Part shown: one piece after another, positions 18,360 through 26,978 of the stretch
Layout: each line of letters starts with the position of its first letter
Position numbering within the stretch: the stretch's first letter is position 1
Origin: Paramicrosporidium saccamoebae KSL3
Taxonomy: Eukaryota; Fungi; Cryptomycota
NCBI GenBank assembly: GCA_002794465.1
Contig: MTSL01000150.1
Coordinates: 1-32,000 of the forward strand
Reading direction: 5' to 3'
Length of the DNA stretch: 32,000 bases
Notes under the pieces: model-generated
What the model was told of the DNA's origin: nothing
The model's input: only the letters and a program-made list of their open reading frames with translations
The model's database searches: none
Program-made: the position numbers and the translations under genes

Positions 18360-19916
18360 TCATCCGCTAACATCCTCGCCCAATATATTATTGACTTTTT
18401 GTCCAGCTGTTAATAGCAACCAGAGATGATCAATACTGAATGACGCGAGATGCAGCTTTTGACAATATTTTACAAGTTTCTCGGTAAATAGCCTGGTACT
18501 CCACATCTTTGAACCGCCCTCCTCAACCTCCAAACTCTTTATAAAGTTGCATGAAGATAAATTAGGGGTCTTTTTTAGGATCAGGGAGAAATCAAGCCGG
18601 TAGCCGTGGGCCAACAAATGCGGGATACATGACAAAAGAACCCGCCAACGGGCCAAAAAAGCGTCATTGGCCGGTATGCGTCCTTCATGGAACAGCCAAT
18701 CCTCTTTCAAAGCGAGATTTGCATAGATCGTGGCAAGACGGGCCACAGAGACAGACAAACCATCGTCAAACAAAAGCCATGAATTGCTCACCACCCGTGA
18801 GAGAATATGTGACGGTCCAAAGTTGGCAAAGGCATTCTCCAGTGTCATAAACAACTGTTGAAGCGTCATGTCAGACGGCAAAACGTTTTGAATGCGCAAA
18901 TATTGCAGCTTTTCGTCCCGCCTCATGTACATCATCCTGCGACGATACCCGGACAGCAGTTGGGAGGATGGAAGCAGTTCATATGGTATGCATGACACTG
19001 GGAGCTTTTCCATGAGCTCTGCAAAGAGTCCCACTTGCATCACTAAAGCGGATCCAGCCCGCTCATACAACTTTATCGCCCGAAACGGGTAAATATTTAC
19101 ATTTTGAAGCTGACCCGCAAAGATCTCGCCGATTGATCTGCTTGGCACCGACACAAGTAGCGCCAATTCAAAAAGATCCAACAATCTGTCTTTGCTGTAT
19201 TGGACCGCCAGAGTCCTTAGGGAGCATATCTGTTCCTCGGGATTGTTCCTTTTTACAAGACGCTGCAACTCGACATCATTGACAAGGACATTTTGCTTAA
19301 GCGCGCTCAGCGTCGCCCATGCAATGGAGTCCTCAGAAAGACTGCTGTCCTTCAATTTCAAGTGACAAAGGTATTGGCTGTTATATGCTTCTTGTATGAG
19401 CGTCATATCAATCAACGGCTGGATAGCGACAGTCAGATCTGCACGCCTTCCATCATCCGGGAATCCGTAGCAATGTTTGAGCCAGGCAAAAGACTCGATT
19501 GTTTCTTTTCGGCCAGCGAGGAATTTGGCCACTGCGACGCACAGTTCCAGGGAATGCACCGCAAACTTTGAATTTGCTACCGGATATTCGGGAACGAATG
19601 CCCCATGAAGGAATATGCTCTTCAAAAGTCGGTAATTGCGTCGCATCTTTTTTGCTCCAAAAAAATATTGTCGGTCCTGTTCCTCTGTGTTCTCCAGCAG
19701 CTGTTGTCCACGCAAACGTGACTCACAAATGCCATCATAATACGACTTGAAATCAAAGTCGGGGAAGCGCAGCAACTTTAGAACCGAACTATTTGGTTCA
19801 ATTTCAAAACTACTGAAAAGTGTCCTTGGTATCCGTGCACTGCCACTGTACAAATCCCGCGGGGTAGTTGTTACAATAACAGCCACTGCGGGACATAGCC
19901 AATTCCAAGCCTTCAT
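18360..19916 (-). CDS. Hypothetical protein, possible distant member of the ~530-aa secreted family
   Basis: Long ORF; ATG 19916 gives a weak signal-like MKAWNWLCPAVAVIV. LFAELMEKLPVSCIPYE matches MFYALMRYYPGEVLPYE of 14182-15789. Confidence 0.8.
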   Translation of the reverse strand: MKAWNWLCPAVAVIVTTTPRDLYSGSARIPRTLFSSFEIEPNSSVLKLLRFPDFDFKSYYDGICESRLRGQQLLENTEEQDRQYFFGAKKMRRNYRLLKSIFLHGAFVPEYPVANSKFAVHSLELCVAVAKFLAGRKETIESFAWLKHCYGFPDDGRRADLTVAIQPLIDMTLIQEAYNSQYLCHLKLKDSSLSEDSIAWATLSALKQNVLVNDVELQRLVKRNNPEEQICSLRTLAVQYSKDRLLDLFELALLVSVPSRSIGEIFAGQLQNVNIYPFRAIKLYERAGSALVMQVGLFAELMEKLPVSCIPYELLPSSQLLSGYRRRMMYMRRDEKLQYLRIQNVLPSDMTLQQLFMTLENAFANFGPSHILSRVVSNSWLLFDDGLSVSVARLATIYANLALKEDWLFHEGRIPANDAFLARWRVLLSCIPHLLAHGYRLDFSLILKKTPNLSSCNFIKSLEVEEGGSKMWSTRLFTEKLVKYCQKLHLASFSIDHLWLLLTAGQKVNNILGEDVSG

Positions 19917-20700
19917 ACTATCGGCAACCTCATTGGCCAATTAGGCCTTTTGGGCTATATTCAGGATCTGTTGATGAAATCTCTAAATCCGGTAACACAA
20001 GCAGCGCAGTACAGTGCAGTGCAGTGTAGGAATGTGTATTAATGTGTGGTAATGTGTAGTGATGTGGAAATCCAAGATTCTAAATCCAAAGAGTGGCAAG
20101 GACCTTGTCAAGCTTTTCCTATCGCTGACCACCCGCAGCATGCGGAAGGACAAAATGGACCAGGCAGTGGAGACTATGGAACTTGGGAATAGGGATGCAT
20201 GCGGGGTGGCCCGAGAGGTACATGAGCCGATCGCGGGACAAATCTCTGGCCAGATTATATTCTACGATGAACAGGTTGAGCACTTTGACGATATTGTTGG
20301 AATGTACGCAATGAAATGGGAAAATGTCTGTCGAAGCTCAAAGGCGGTGCTGTGCGTACGTCACACGGATCCGGCACTTCTCTTTAAAGTTTTCTAATAA
20401 ATGTTCTCTTGCTAAATGAAAGGATTTCTTGATTAAAATATGTGATGTGAGATAGTAGAACTACGGACCAGAGACTCCAATAAAGGGTCTGTTGATTGGT
20501 AAACTACCTTTTATTAAAGTATATGGCTTCTTTATAGGTAGCCATTTTAATATAACCAGCCTGGACTGTGGAACCGCTGCCTGGGTCGGACTTGCCAACA
20601 ATAAGTGAATACTGTTTAATAGGGTTGCTTATTTGAACCTCCATAAGAGCCCGAAACAGGTGATATGACAATGGTTGTTTAATGAATGCTTGGATGATGA

Positions 20701-22746
20701 TTACTTTTTAACACGGTAGTGGCGGCAGTTACGATCCGGGTTTTTACGGGGGTTAGATCTCCATCGCGCACGCTCCACCATGGTTCCTGAACTCCCGGCG
20801 GATTGGTTAGAGCGCTTGTCGAAAACCTTGTCTCCCGAAACCGGAGTGGCGTGGAGAGCGTCGGCCGAACTGAGCGATGATTCGTCGCTTGAAACCTTGG
20901 CGAGGTCGTCAGCGGACTTTTCCTCGGTCGGTTCCATGACAAGAGTAGCTTCCACATTGGAAACATTAGCGGGGGCAATGTCCACGGAAATGCTAGACTC
21001 ATCAAGATAGCTGGATTTCTGCTCTTCCTCTTCTGAGCTGGTGACGTGGTACTCTGTCACGGAGTTGAATAGACAAACACTTGGCTCCCCAGAAGCACTT
21101 GGTTCCACAGAAGCACTTGGTTCCACGGAAGCGCTAGATTCTTCTTGAACAACAGGCTCCTCAACAATACTAGGCTTCACAGAAACACTAGATTCTCCAA
21201 GAGCAATAGCAGCCTCTTCGACAAAGCTGGATTCATCACTGCTGCCTCGAGTTATTAACACCGTGTTCAAGTCAAATTCATGAACCTTGACTACTTTCGA
21301 TTGGACGGTCTCAATGGTGTTAGTTACTTTAGATTCGACGGGCACAATGGTTCCAGTCACTTTCGATTCGACAGGCACAATGATTTCGGTCACTTTGGAT
21401 TCGACAGACTTGATGGTTTCAGTCACTTCCGATTCAACAAGTTTGGTGGTTTCAGTCGCTAGTGTCACCTCTTCAAAACTACTACTGCTATCCTTAGAAG
21501 CCTCTCCCGATGCGTCCTCGCTATTTCCAAAAGCATGTGTCGGCTCCTTTTCGGGAGACTCAGGGTCGGGATAATCAGCTTGGCTCGAATTAAGGTTCTG
21601 GCTATCCGAATTGCTCACACTATCATCCCAGTCATCAGATACACGTCGGGAGCGTGAATTTGTGCTTGAGCGATGTGTTTGGCGAGATTTCCACCCCTTG
21701 CGTTTCTTGACATAGTCCCAACTCCCAGATGAGCTCCAGGATGGCTCCACAGATGGACTCGAAGATCCAGATATACTTCCAGAACTTTCAGAACTCGAGG
21801 ACCAGTTTTTGAGCGCGGTTGTGAATTTTGCCGATTGCATAGCCTTCTTAGGCGCCGCCTTGGACACAGCCTTGGATTCCTTCTTGGACTTTGATTCGGA
21901 GAGCTCCCATTTTTCGGATTCTTCTGAAGAATCTTCCCACAGATCCACTCTAGCACCCTTTTGGACGTTTCTCGGGCTGGCAGTTTCCCATTTCGATGAT
22001 ATTTTTGACAATGGCTTAGCCTTGCTTTCATTCGTCTGGCTTTTCGTGCTCTGCTGCCATTCGCTGGAAGAACTGAGCGAAGAGTCGGGCTTTTTAGAAA
22101 GAGTCTTACTAGCCGTTTTCGTGGTAAACACTTCATCAGAACCTTCCGAGTCGAAAACGGACTTTTTAACAGTCAGTACTTTTACAGGATTGGCTCGTGC
22201 CTTTGCCTTGCGAGATTGCACTGAATGGCTTGTCCATACTGCAGAACTTGTTGATGAATATGAATATGAGGCGGAATTGGAACTCTTGTCGCCACTGGAC
22301 GAGACATCGGAGACGCTATTGCTTGCGGCGCTTCCATCGTCATTGTCTCGGCTGTCATTCTTTGTGGAAAGAACAGTTCGGTAGACAGAAACCCTTGCCT
22401 CGCGTTCAATGCGCTTAAGATCCGGATTATCCTTGGCCAACTCTGCGTCAAGCTCCGCCGGACTCATTATTTCCCCCACAGTGGAGGACATCCGGGAGAG
22501 AACATATAGGACGTCCCCACATGCTACCTCTAGCGTTCCTTCCGAGCCCGGCTGCACCTCGCCAACCACAGAGTCCTTTCGAAACACCATAACAAGACCC
22601 TTGCTGCTTTCCACATGCAGCTGCCCGCCTTCCATGGCAAGACGCACCGGTCCGCTCTTCAGAGCAAGCACAGTGGTACGGGAAAGTGGCCACTGCAAAG
22701 CCTGCACAGCTGCAAATAGGGAGAGGAAGAGCACCGAGATATGCAT
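20701..22746 (-). CDS. Secreted Ser/Glu/Lys-rich low-complexity protein with internal repeats
   Basis: 681-aa ORF with signal peptide MHISVLFLSLFAAVQA, a short globular N-domain, long Ser tracts, 11-aa VESKVT repeats and SASVEP repeats. Confidence 0.85.
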   Translation of the reverse strand: MHISVLFLSLFAAVQALQWPLSRTTVLALKSGPVRLAMEGGQLHVESSKGLVMVFRKDSVVGEVQPGSEGTLEVACGDVLYVLSRMSSTVGEIMSPAELDAELAKDNPDLKRIEREARVSVYRTVLSTKNDSRDNDDGSAASNSVSDVSSSGDKSSNSASYSYSSTSSAVWTSHSVQSRKAKARANPVKVLTVKKSVFDSEGSDEVFTTKTASKTLSKKPDSSLSSSSEWQQSTKSQTNESKAKPLSKISSKWETASPRNVQKGARVDLWEDSSEESEKWELSESKSKKESKAVSKAAPKKAMQSAKFTTALKNWSSSSESSGSISGSSSPSVEPSWSSSGSWDYVKKRKGWKSRQTHRSSTNSRSRRVSDDWDDSVSNSDSQNLNSSQADYPDPESPEKEPTHAFGNSEDASGEASKDSSSSFEEVTLATETTKLVESEVTETIKSVESKVTEIIVPVESKVTGTIVPVESKVTNTIETVQSKVVKVHEFDLNTVLITRGSSDESSFVEEAAIALGESSVSVKPSIVEEPVVQEESSASVEPSASVEPSASGEPSVCLFNSVTEYHVTSSEEEEQKSSYLDESSISVDIAPANVSNVEATLVMEPTEEKSADDLAKVSSDESSLSSADALHATPVSGDKVFDKRSNQSAGSSGTMVERARWRSNPRKNPDRNCRHYRVKK
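21290..21440. repeat. 33-bp coding repeat (~5 copies of VESKVTxTIxP-like)
   Basis: VESEVTETIKS VESKVTEIIVP VESKVTGTIVP VESKVTNTIET VQSKVV in the 681-aa protein. Confidence 0.75.
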
Positions 22747-23020
22747 ACTGGTCGGTTGCTGCGCCGGGCGTGAAATTCCCAGAGTGGCGCATGTACAAAG
22801 TTCTTTGGAGCCAATGATATCCCATCGATGGCTCGGATTGTCATATCCGGAACAGTGGATAATATGTTACATGTGTGTTATTGGTGTTGAATAGTATAGA
22901 TGGAATCGAATCAGTACAAGTATCGCTTATTATCTTCAATAGCATCAATTTATATGACAGCCAGACAATTGGCTATTTGAAAGTGATAATAACGATACTC
23001 CATTTAACGGGAGTTTTCCG

Positions 23021-23434
23021 TTGATTCCCAACAGGGAAATGCCGTTATACAAGGTTGTCGCTCTGCAAGACATTTCACAGCCCACTGTCAGCAAGCCGAC
23101 AACTCCCTCGGGACGAGTGCTGGACATTACTGAGGAGGAGACTGAGACACAGGAGGGAAAGCGTTGTCTAAAGCTAATACTGTCCGCCCCCGACGGCTCA
23201 CTAGTCACGGCCTTTGAATTGCAGCAACTACCATACACTGCCGATCAACTCCTCTCTGCACAATTACAGGTGGACGGAGCAGAGATACGACACGGGGTGT
23301 TATTACTGACGCCACGGTGCGCCCACATTGGGTCCATCGTCCGGGCGGTCAGCGAGCTAGATTTGGGTGACTTTATGTTGGATGATGACGACTTTGCGCA
23401 GATTGGTGCCCACAACGTTACTGTTATTGATTAG
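23021..23434 (+). CDS. RMI1/TDRD3-type N-terminal OB-fold protein (5' end of the model uncertain)
   Basis: VVALQDISQP...RCLKLILS..DG..VTAFE...GVLLLTP matches the RMI1_N OB-fold pattern. Probable extra exons lie at 22900-23020. Confidence 0.62.
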   Translation: MIPNREMPLYKVVALQDISQPTVSKPTTPSGRVLDITEEETETQEGKRCLKLILSAPDGSLVTAFELQQLPYTADQLLSAQLQVDGAEIRHGVLLLTPRCAHIGSIVRAVSELDLGDFMLDDDDFAQIGAHNVTVID

Positions 23435-23675
23435 ACAATGTAAACTAGAGTGTATGTGTTGAAGAGTGTACATGCTATATTTGATGTATTAAATGTTATT
23501 CATCCATCCTTATATAAGGGTGCAATTGGCTAGGCAATACATGGTGGCCCAAATGTCAAAAGAGGAGTTGGAGGAAAAAGCGAAAAGACTGATGCTCCAA
23601 TGTTTCGGCATCTTTCCCACTACACCACACCACATAGCATAACATAACATGCCTTGCAATCACAAATGTCTTTAT

Positions 23676-24341
23676 TTACACTTCTTGACGGAATATCACT
23701 TGGATAACAAATATGCGTGAATCATGGTCCCAATGAACAAAATGTCTACCATCACTCCGGTCAATTTCCTTTGCAGGGATTTTAAAGGCCAAAGTCTCGT
23801 ATGGTTCGGCAGCAACCACCAAATACTGATACAGCTTGTTGGGGGCCTCTTGACGCTGCTCAAAGGCAGACATGAAACGGTGTCTTGGCGTCTCTCCAGG
23901 TCGGATGTCGGGGAAATGCAGTTGAAAGAGTAGTCCTGGATACTTTGTGAGAGGGTCACGTAGCTTGATAATTTTATATCCGGGTCGACCGATTTTAGGA
24001 TAGCGCCGTTTGGCGACCTGTGGGACGGGGGCCACCGGACCGGTCAACGGAGCAGCTGACGGGTTAAGCGAGGCTTCACGGGCAGCACGTCTTGCCAAGT
24101 TGGTTTGATGCTTCTTGCCCTGGGTGTGGCCAAGATAGCTTCCCTCGTTGGTATGTATGGTCAGACACAGACGACACTCATAGGTGCCCAGATGGTTCTT
24201 CATAAAGTACGGATCTTTGCTGAGATCGATCGTCTCCAACGCCAACCGTCGTAGCCGCTCACGTCGTTCAGCATTGGCCTCGGACTGCGAAAGCAATCCT
24301 CCACTGCCTGTCTTTCCTCCTTCTCGATGTTGAAAGTCCAT
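23676..24341 (-). CDS. SF3A2: Splicing factor 3A subunit 2 (SF3A2/Prp11/Sap62)
   Basis: MDFQHRxGGKTGSGG start (ATG 24341), ERLRRLALETIDLSKDPYFMKNHLGTYEC zinc finger, KIGRPGYK and FQYL-like VVAAEPYETxAFKIP. Confidence 0.97.
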   Translation of the reverse strand: MDFQHREGGKTGSGGLLSQSEANAERRERLRRLALETIDLSKDPYFMKNHLGTYECRLCLTIHTNEGSYLGHTQGKKHQTNLARRAAREASLNPSAAPLTGPVAPVPQVAKRRYPKIGRPGYKIIKLRDPLTKYPGLLFQLHFPDIRPGETPRHRFMSAFEQRQEAPNKLYQYLVVAAEPYETLAFKIPAKEIDRSDGRHFVHWDHDSRIFVIQVIFRQEV

Positions 24342-24480
24342 ATGACCAGGGTGTCTGGAATCGGCAGACATGTAATCAATTGATATACACATCTAAAACT
24401 TGAGTGAAGCATTACTGTAAAGCAGCACTCGCATATGATTCATGACCGCCCCCAATGCGATAGATTGGAGTTATGGGATA

Positions 24481-24630
24481 GATATCTTGACTAGAGACAC
24501 CAATAAATATCTTGATTAGAGTCACCAATAGATATTTTGATTAGAGTCACCGAGAGATATTTTGATTAGAGTCACCGAGAGATATCTTGATTAGAGTCAC
24601 CGAGAGATATCTTGACTAGAGTCACCGATA
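24481..24630. repeat. 25-bp minisatellite, 6 direct copies (GATATCTTGATTAGAGTCACCGAGA)
   Basis: Units start at 24481, 24506, 24531, 24556, 24581 and 24606, with no spacers. Confidence 0.95.
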
Positions 24631-24738
24631 GATAATCATCATTGTTTTGATAAGCGCACAAGAATCAGCATATCCGCCGGCACATAAGCATACATATAAT
24701 ATATTACTCGCATCCTAGCACATCCTAGTATATCCTAG

Positions 24739-24968
24739 TGTGACGTAGAAGACTGATTAGCGTGTCTTGTGGAAATAGTTCCCTAGTTTGGAGAAAGGAC
24801 AATCAGAACAATCGATGAAGGATAATGAGGTCTTTACCACTTGGGGGCTATTACGTTATTTGTGAGACTATAAATGGGTCGTTGGATTGGCTGAATAAAT
24901 TCTCTTTTCGTCCCATCTCGTCTCTTTCCGCCTGACAAAGTCCCTGGTATCATCCCCACTACGCGACA
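24739..24968 (+). mobile_element. Solo LTR (230 bp) with a 4-bp target-site duplication CTAG
   Basis: Begins TGTGACGTAG and ends CTACGCGACA (imperfect inverted termini, 8/10). Flanked by CTAG on both sides (24735-24738, 24969-24972). Internal TATAAA (~24869) is followed by AATAAA (~24894). Homologous to 1-163. Confidence 0.78.
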
Positions 24969-25012
24969 CTAGTACGTCCCAGTATACATACACAGTACTT
25001 TATTCGGGTTAT

Positions 25013-26671
25013 TTAGGCATCTTCGGGAAGCAACTCTAGTAGATCCTGGGGAGAGGCTGCCTTTTGGAGAAAGGGGTGCTGCAGCAGCTCCTTGGCAGAT
25101 GGGCGCTTCTCGGGATCCAACTCGAGGGTTTGCTTCAAAAAGTCCTTCAATTCTGCCGACGATAGCTCGGGCTCTCGCAGATCAGGAGTGCCGTGGGTGG
25201 CAATCAGATACAGCGCCTTTAGGGGCTCTTCGTCCAAATAGGGTGGCTCTCCTTCAACCATTTCAATGGTCATGATTCCCAAAGACCAAATGTCGACGCG
25301 CTCGCCATAAGGCTGTTGCTTGATAATCTCCGGAGCCATCCAATAGGGAGTGCCTACCATAGTGGCTCGTTTTCCCTGTTCCTTGGTCAGTTTGGCGCAG
25401 AAGCCAAAATCAGTCAGCTTTACATGACCATGGTGATCCAATAGCAAGTTGTCGCTCTTAATGTCGCGATGGATAATGCCCCGTACATGCAGATCAGCCA
25501 AGGCAAGCAATGTTTCGCGACAAATGGCTGCTGTTTGCTCCTCAGTAAACTCTGATTCCTCGATAATGTCCGTCAGGGTTCCTCCTTGCATCAGCTCCAT
25601 CACCACCCACAGCTCTTTACCCACCAGGAATGACTCGTAATATTTGACAATGTTGGCATGGGTAGTGTCGCGCATAATGAGCACCTCGTTGACAATCAGC
25701 TCTTTGCGTGGCTGCTGCGTCATATCAATCTGCTTGATGGCCACCTTTTTGCCATTGCGCTTGTCCACTCCCTCATACACCGAGCCTGATGCACCCTGTC
25801 CCAGTTTCTTTGTTCGCTCATAGATGACTAGCGGGTCCTCAGTACTGATAATCTCATTCAACTTTTTCATCGCTGCCGCCTCGGTTTCATCCACTGGCGC
25901 CATTGACTTTTTCTTGTTCTTTCGGGGCGTTGCATTTGATTGCGTAGCTGGAGCTGACACTTGCAGATTTTCCGTCTCCTTGGTCACCTGTTCTACCTTT
26001 TCGTCCTCTGTGCGTGCAGTGTGTGCAAAGCCGCTGTGTACCGCCGAGGGAGTCGTCGAGGTAGCACTGTTGGTTGGAGTGTCGGCTTCCTCATGGGCTT
26101 CCCCATGGGCTTCCTCGGGGGCCTCCTCCACTCCTTCGTCGATTGGAGGCAGTTCAGGGGCATTGGGTGTATTATCAGCATAGAATTTGAGTACATTCAG
26201 CACCACTGTTGGATTCTCTTTCATTTCGTCCTTGCTAATGTTTGAGCCGCCCAGCAGATCTTTCCATTGATCTGGCAGGCCTGAGAAACCTCCCGCCTCT
26301 GCATCATATGTCACGTGGTTGATATGTTTAAAGCCTGTTGGCACCGAAGCCGCCAGCTGGGGCGAGTTCTTCTCCACCGCGTCCATCCAGTCGAACAGAT
26401 CACCGTCCTCCTTGAAGCCGATAAACCAAGTCTTTTCCTTCTCGCTTCCCACCCCCTGGCAGTGAACCTCCAGACAAAACTCACGCGAGTCGTTTCGACG
26501 TACCAACTTGATCTCTCCCAGAAAGATGAGCGACACCGGCGTGTTCGACGATTCGGATTTGTAGAACGACAGCGATTCCGGTCGCATCACCGCCCACCGC
26601 TTCGACCAGTGCATCTTTAAGAGTCCTTCATCGCGAAGGTACACGTGGCCCTTTTTTATTGTTCCTGCCAT
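25013..26671 (-). CDS. CLA4: PAK/STE20-family kinase with PH and CRIB domains (Cla4/Skm1 architecture)
   Basis: N-terminal PH domain (WSKRWAVMR...LSFYK), CRIB (SVPTGFKHINHV...GLPDQW) and kinase motifs GQGASG, HRDIKSDN, DFG and GTPYWMAPE. Confidence 0.92.
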   Translation of the reverse strand: MAGTIKKGHVYLRDEGLLKMHWSKRWAVMRPESLSFYKSESSNTPVSLIFLGEIKLVRRNDSREFCLEVHCQGVGSEKEKTWFIGFKEDGDLFDWMDAVEKNSPQLAASVPTGFKHINHVTYDAEAGGFSGLPDQWKDLLGGSNISKDEMKENPTVVLNVLKFYADNTPNAPELPPIDEGVEEAPEEAHGEAHEEADTPTNSATSTTPSAVHSGFAHTARTEDEKVEQVTKETENLQVSAPATQSNATPRKNKKKSMAPVDETEAAAMKKLNEIISTEDPLVIYERTKKLGQGASGSVYEGVDKRNGKKVAIKQIDMTQQPRKELIVNEVLIMRDTTHANIVKYYESFLVGKELWVVMELMQGGTLTDIIEESEFTEEQTAAICRETLLALADLHVRGIIHRDIKSDNLLLDHHGHVKLTDFGFCAKLTKEQGKRATMVGTPYWMAPEIIKQQPYGERVDIWSLGIMTIEMVEGEPPYLDEEPLKALYLIATHGTPDLREPELSSAELKDFLKQTLELDPEKRPSAKELLQHPFLQKAASPQDLLELLPEDA

Positions 26672-26978
26672 GACTGTGGGACTCGTGAGACGTTGGGCCC
26701 CTTAACCAACTGGCACTGTTGTTTGGCCCGGACAGCCAATCATAGATGTCTTGGGTCCAGGTTAGTTCGCCCATTTTCATTGGCTGATGCTTTTTTAGTC
26801 AAGCCGTTCGACCATAGCTAAGCAATTTGAGGTTGGAGGTAGGTCGGAACCACTTGCTTACTGGAAAAATGGCTAGTCGACATGATCAATGAAGGGTCAT
26901 TGGATCAGCTTTCGACGAGTATCATAGCGCCCAGGGTTTCTCTGACAATACCCATGCTGGTATGACCAGGGGTATCTC

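Noticed and set aside
19995-20065. CAGTG and AATGTGT short repeats
   Set aside because: Short degenerate simple repeats with no further structure.
20059-20397. 112-aa plus-strand ORF
   Set aside because: No recognisable motif, signal or paralog, and it starts in a low-complexity tract. I cannot support it as a gene, though it is not excluded.
20441-20520. Possible fourth LTR relic (TGTGATGT...GAGACTCCAATAAAGGGTCTGTTGATTGG)
   Set aside because: Only a ~30-nt patch resembles the LTR TATA region. There is no matching 3' end or TSD, so it could be chance.
6076-23434. Esc2-like, RFC and RMI1-like genes as a DNA-repair cluster
   Set aside because: They are spread over 17 kb with many unrelated genes between them, which is expected by chance in a small genome.
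24481-24630. 25-bp direct repeats as a CRISPR array
   Set aside because: The units are contiguous with no unique spacers, there are no cas genes, and the context is eukaryotic.
26895-26925. Short match to the LTR interior (GGGTCATTGGATCAGCT)
   Set aside because: Too short, with no flanking similarity.
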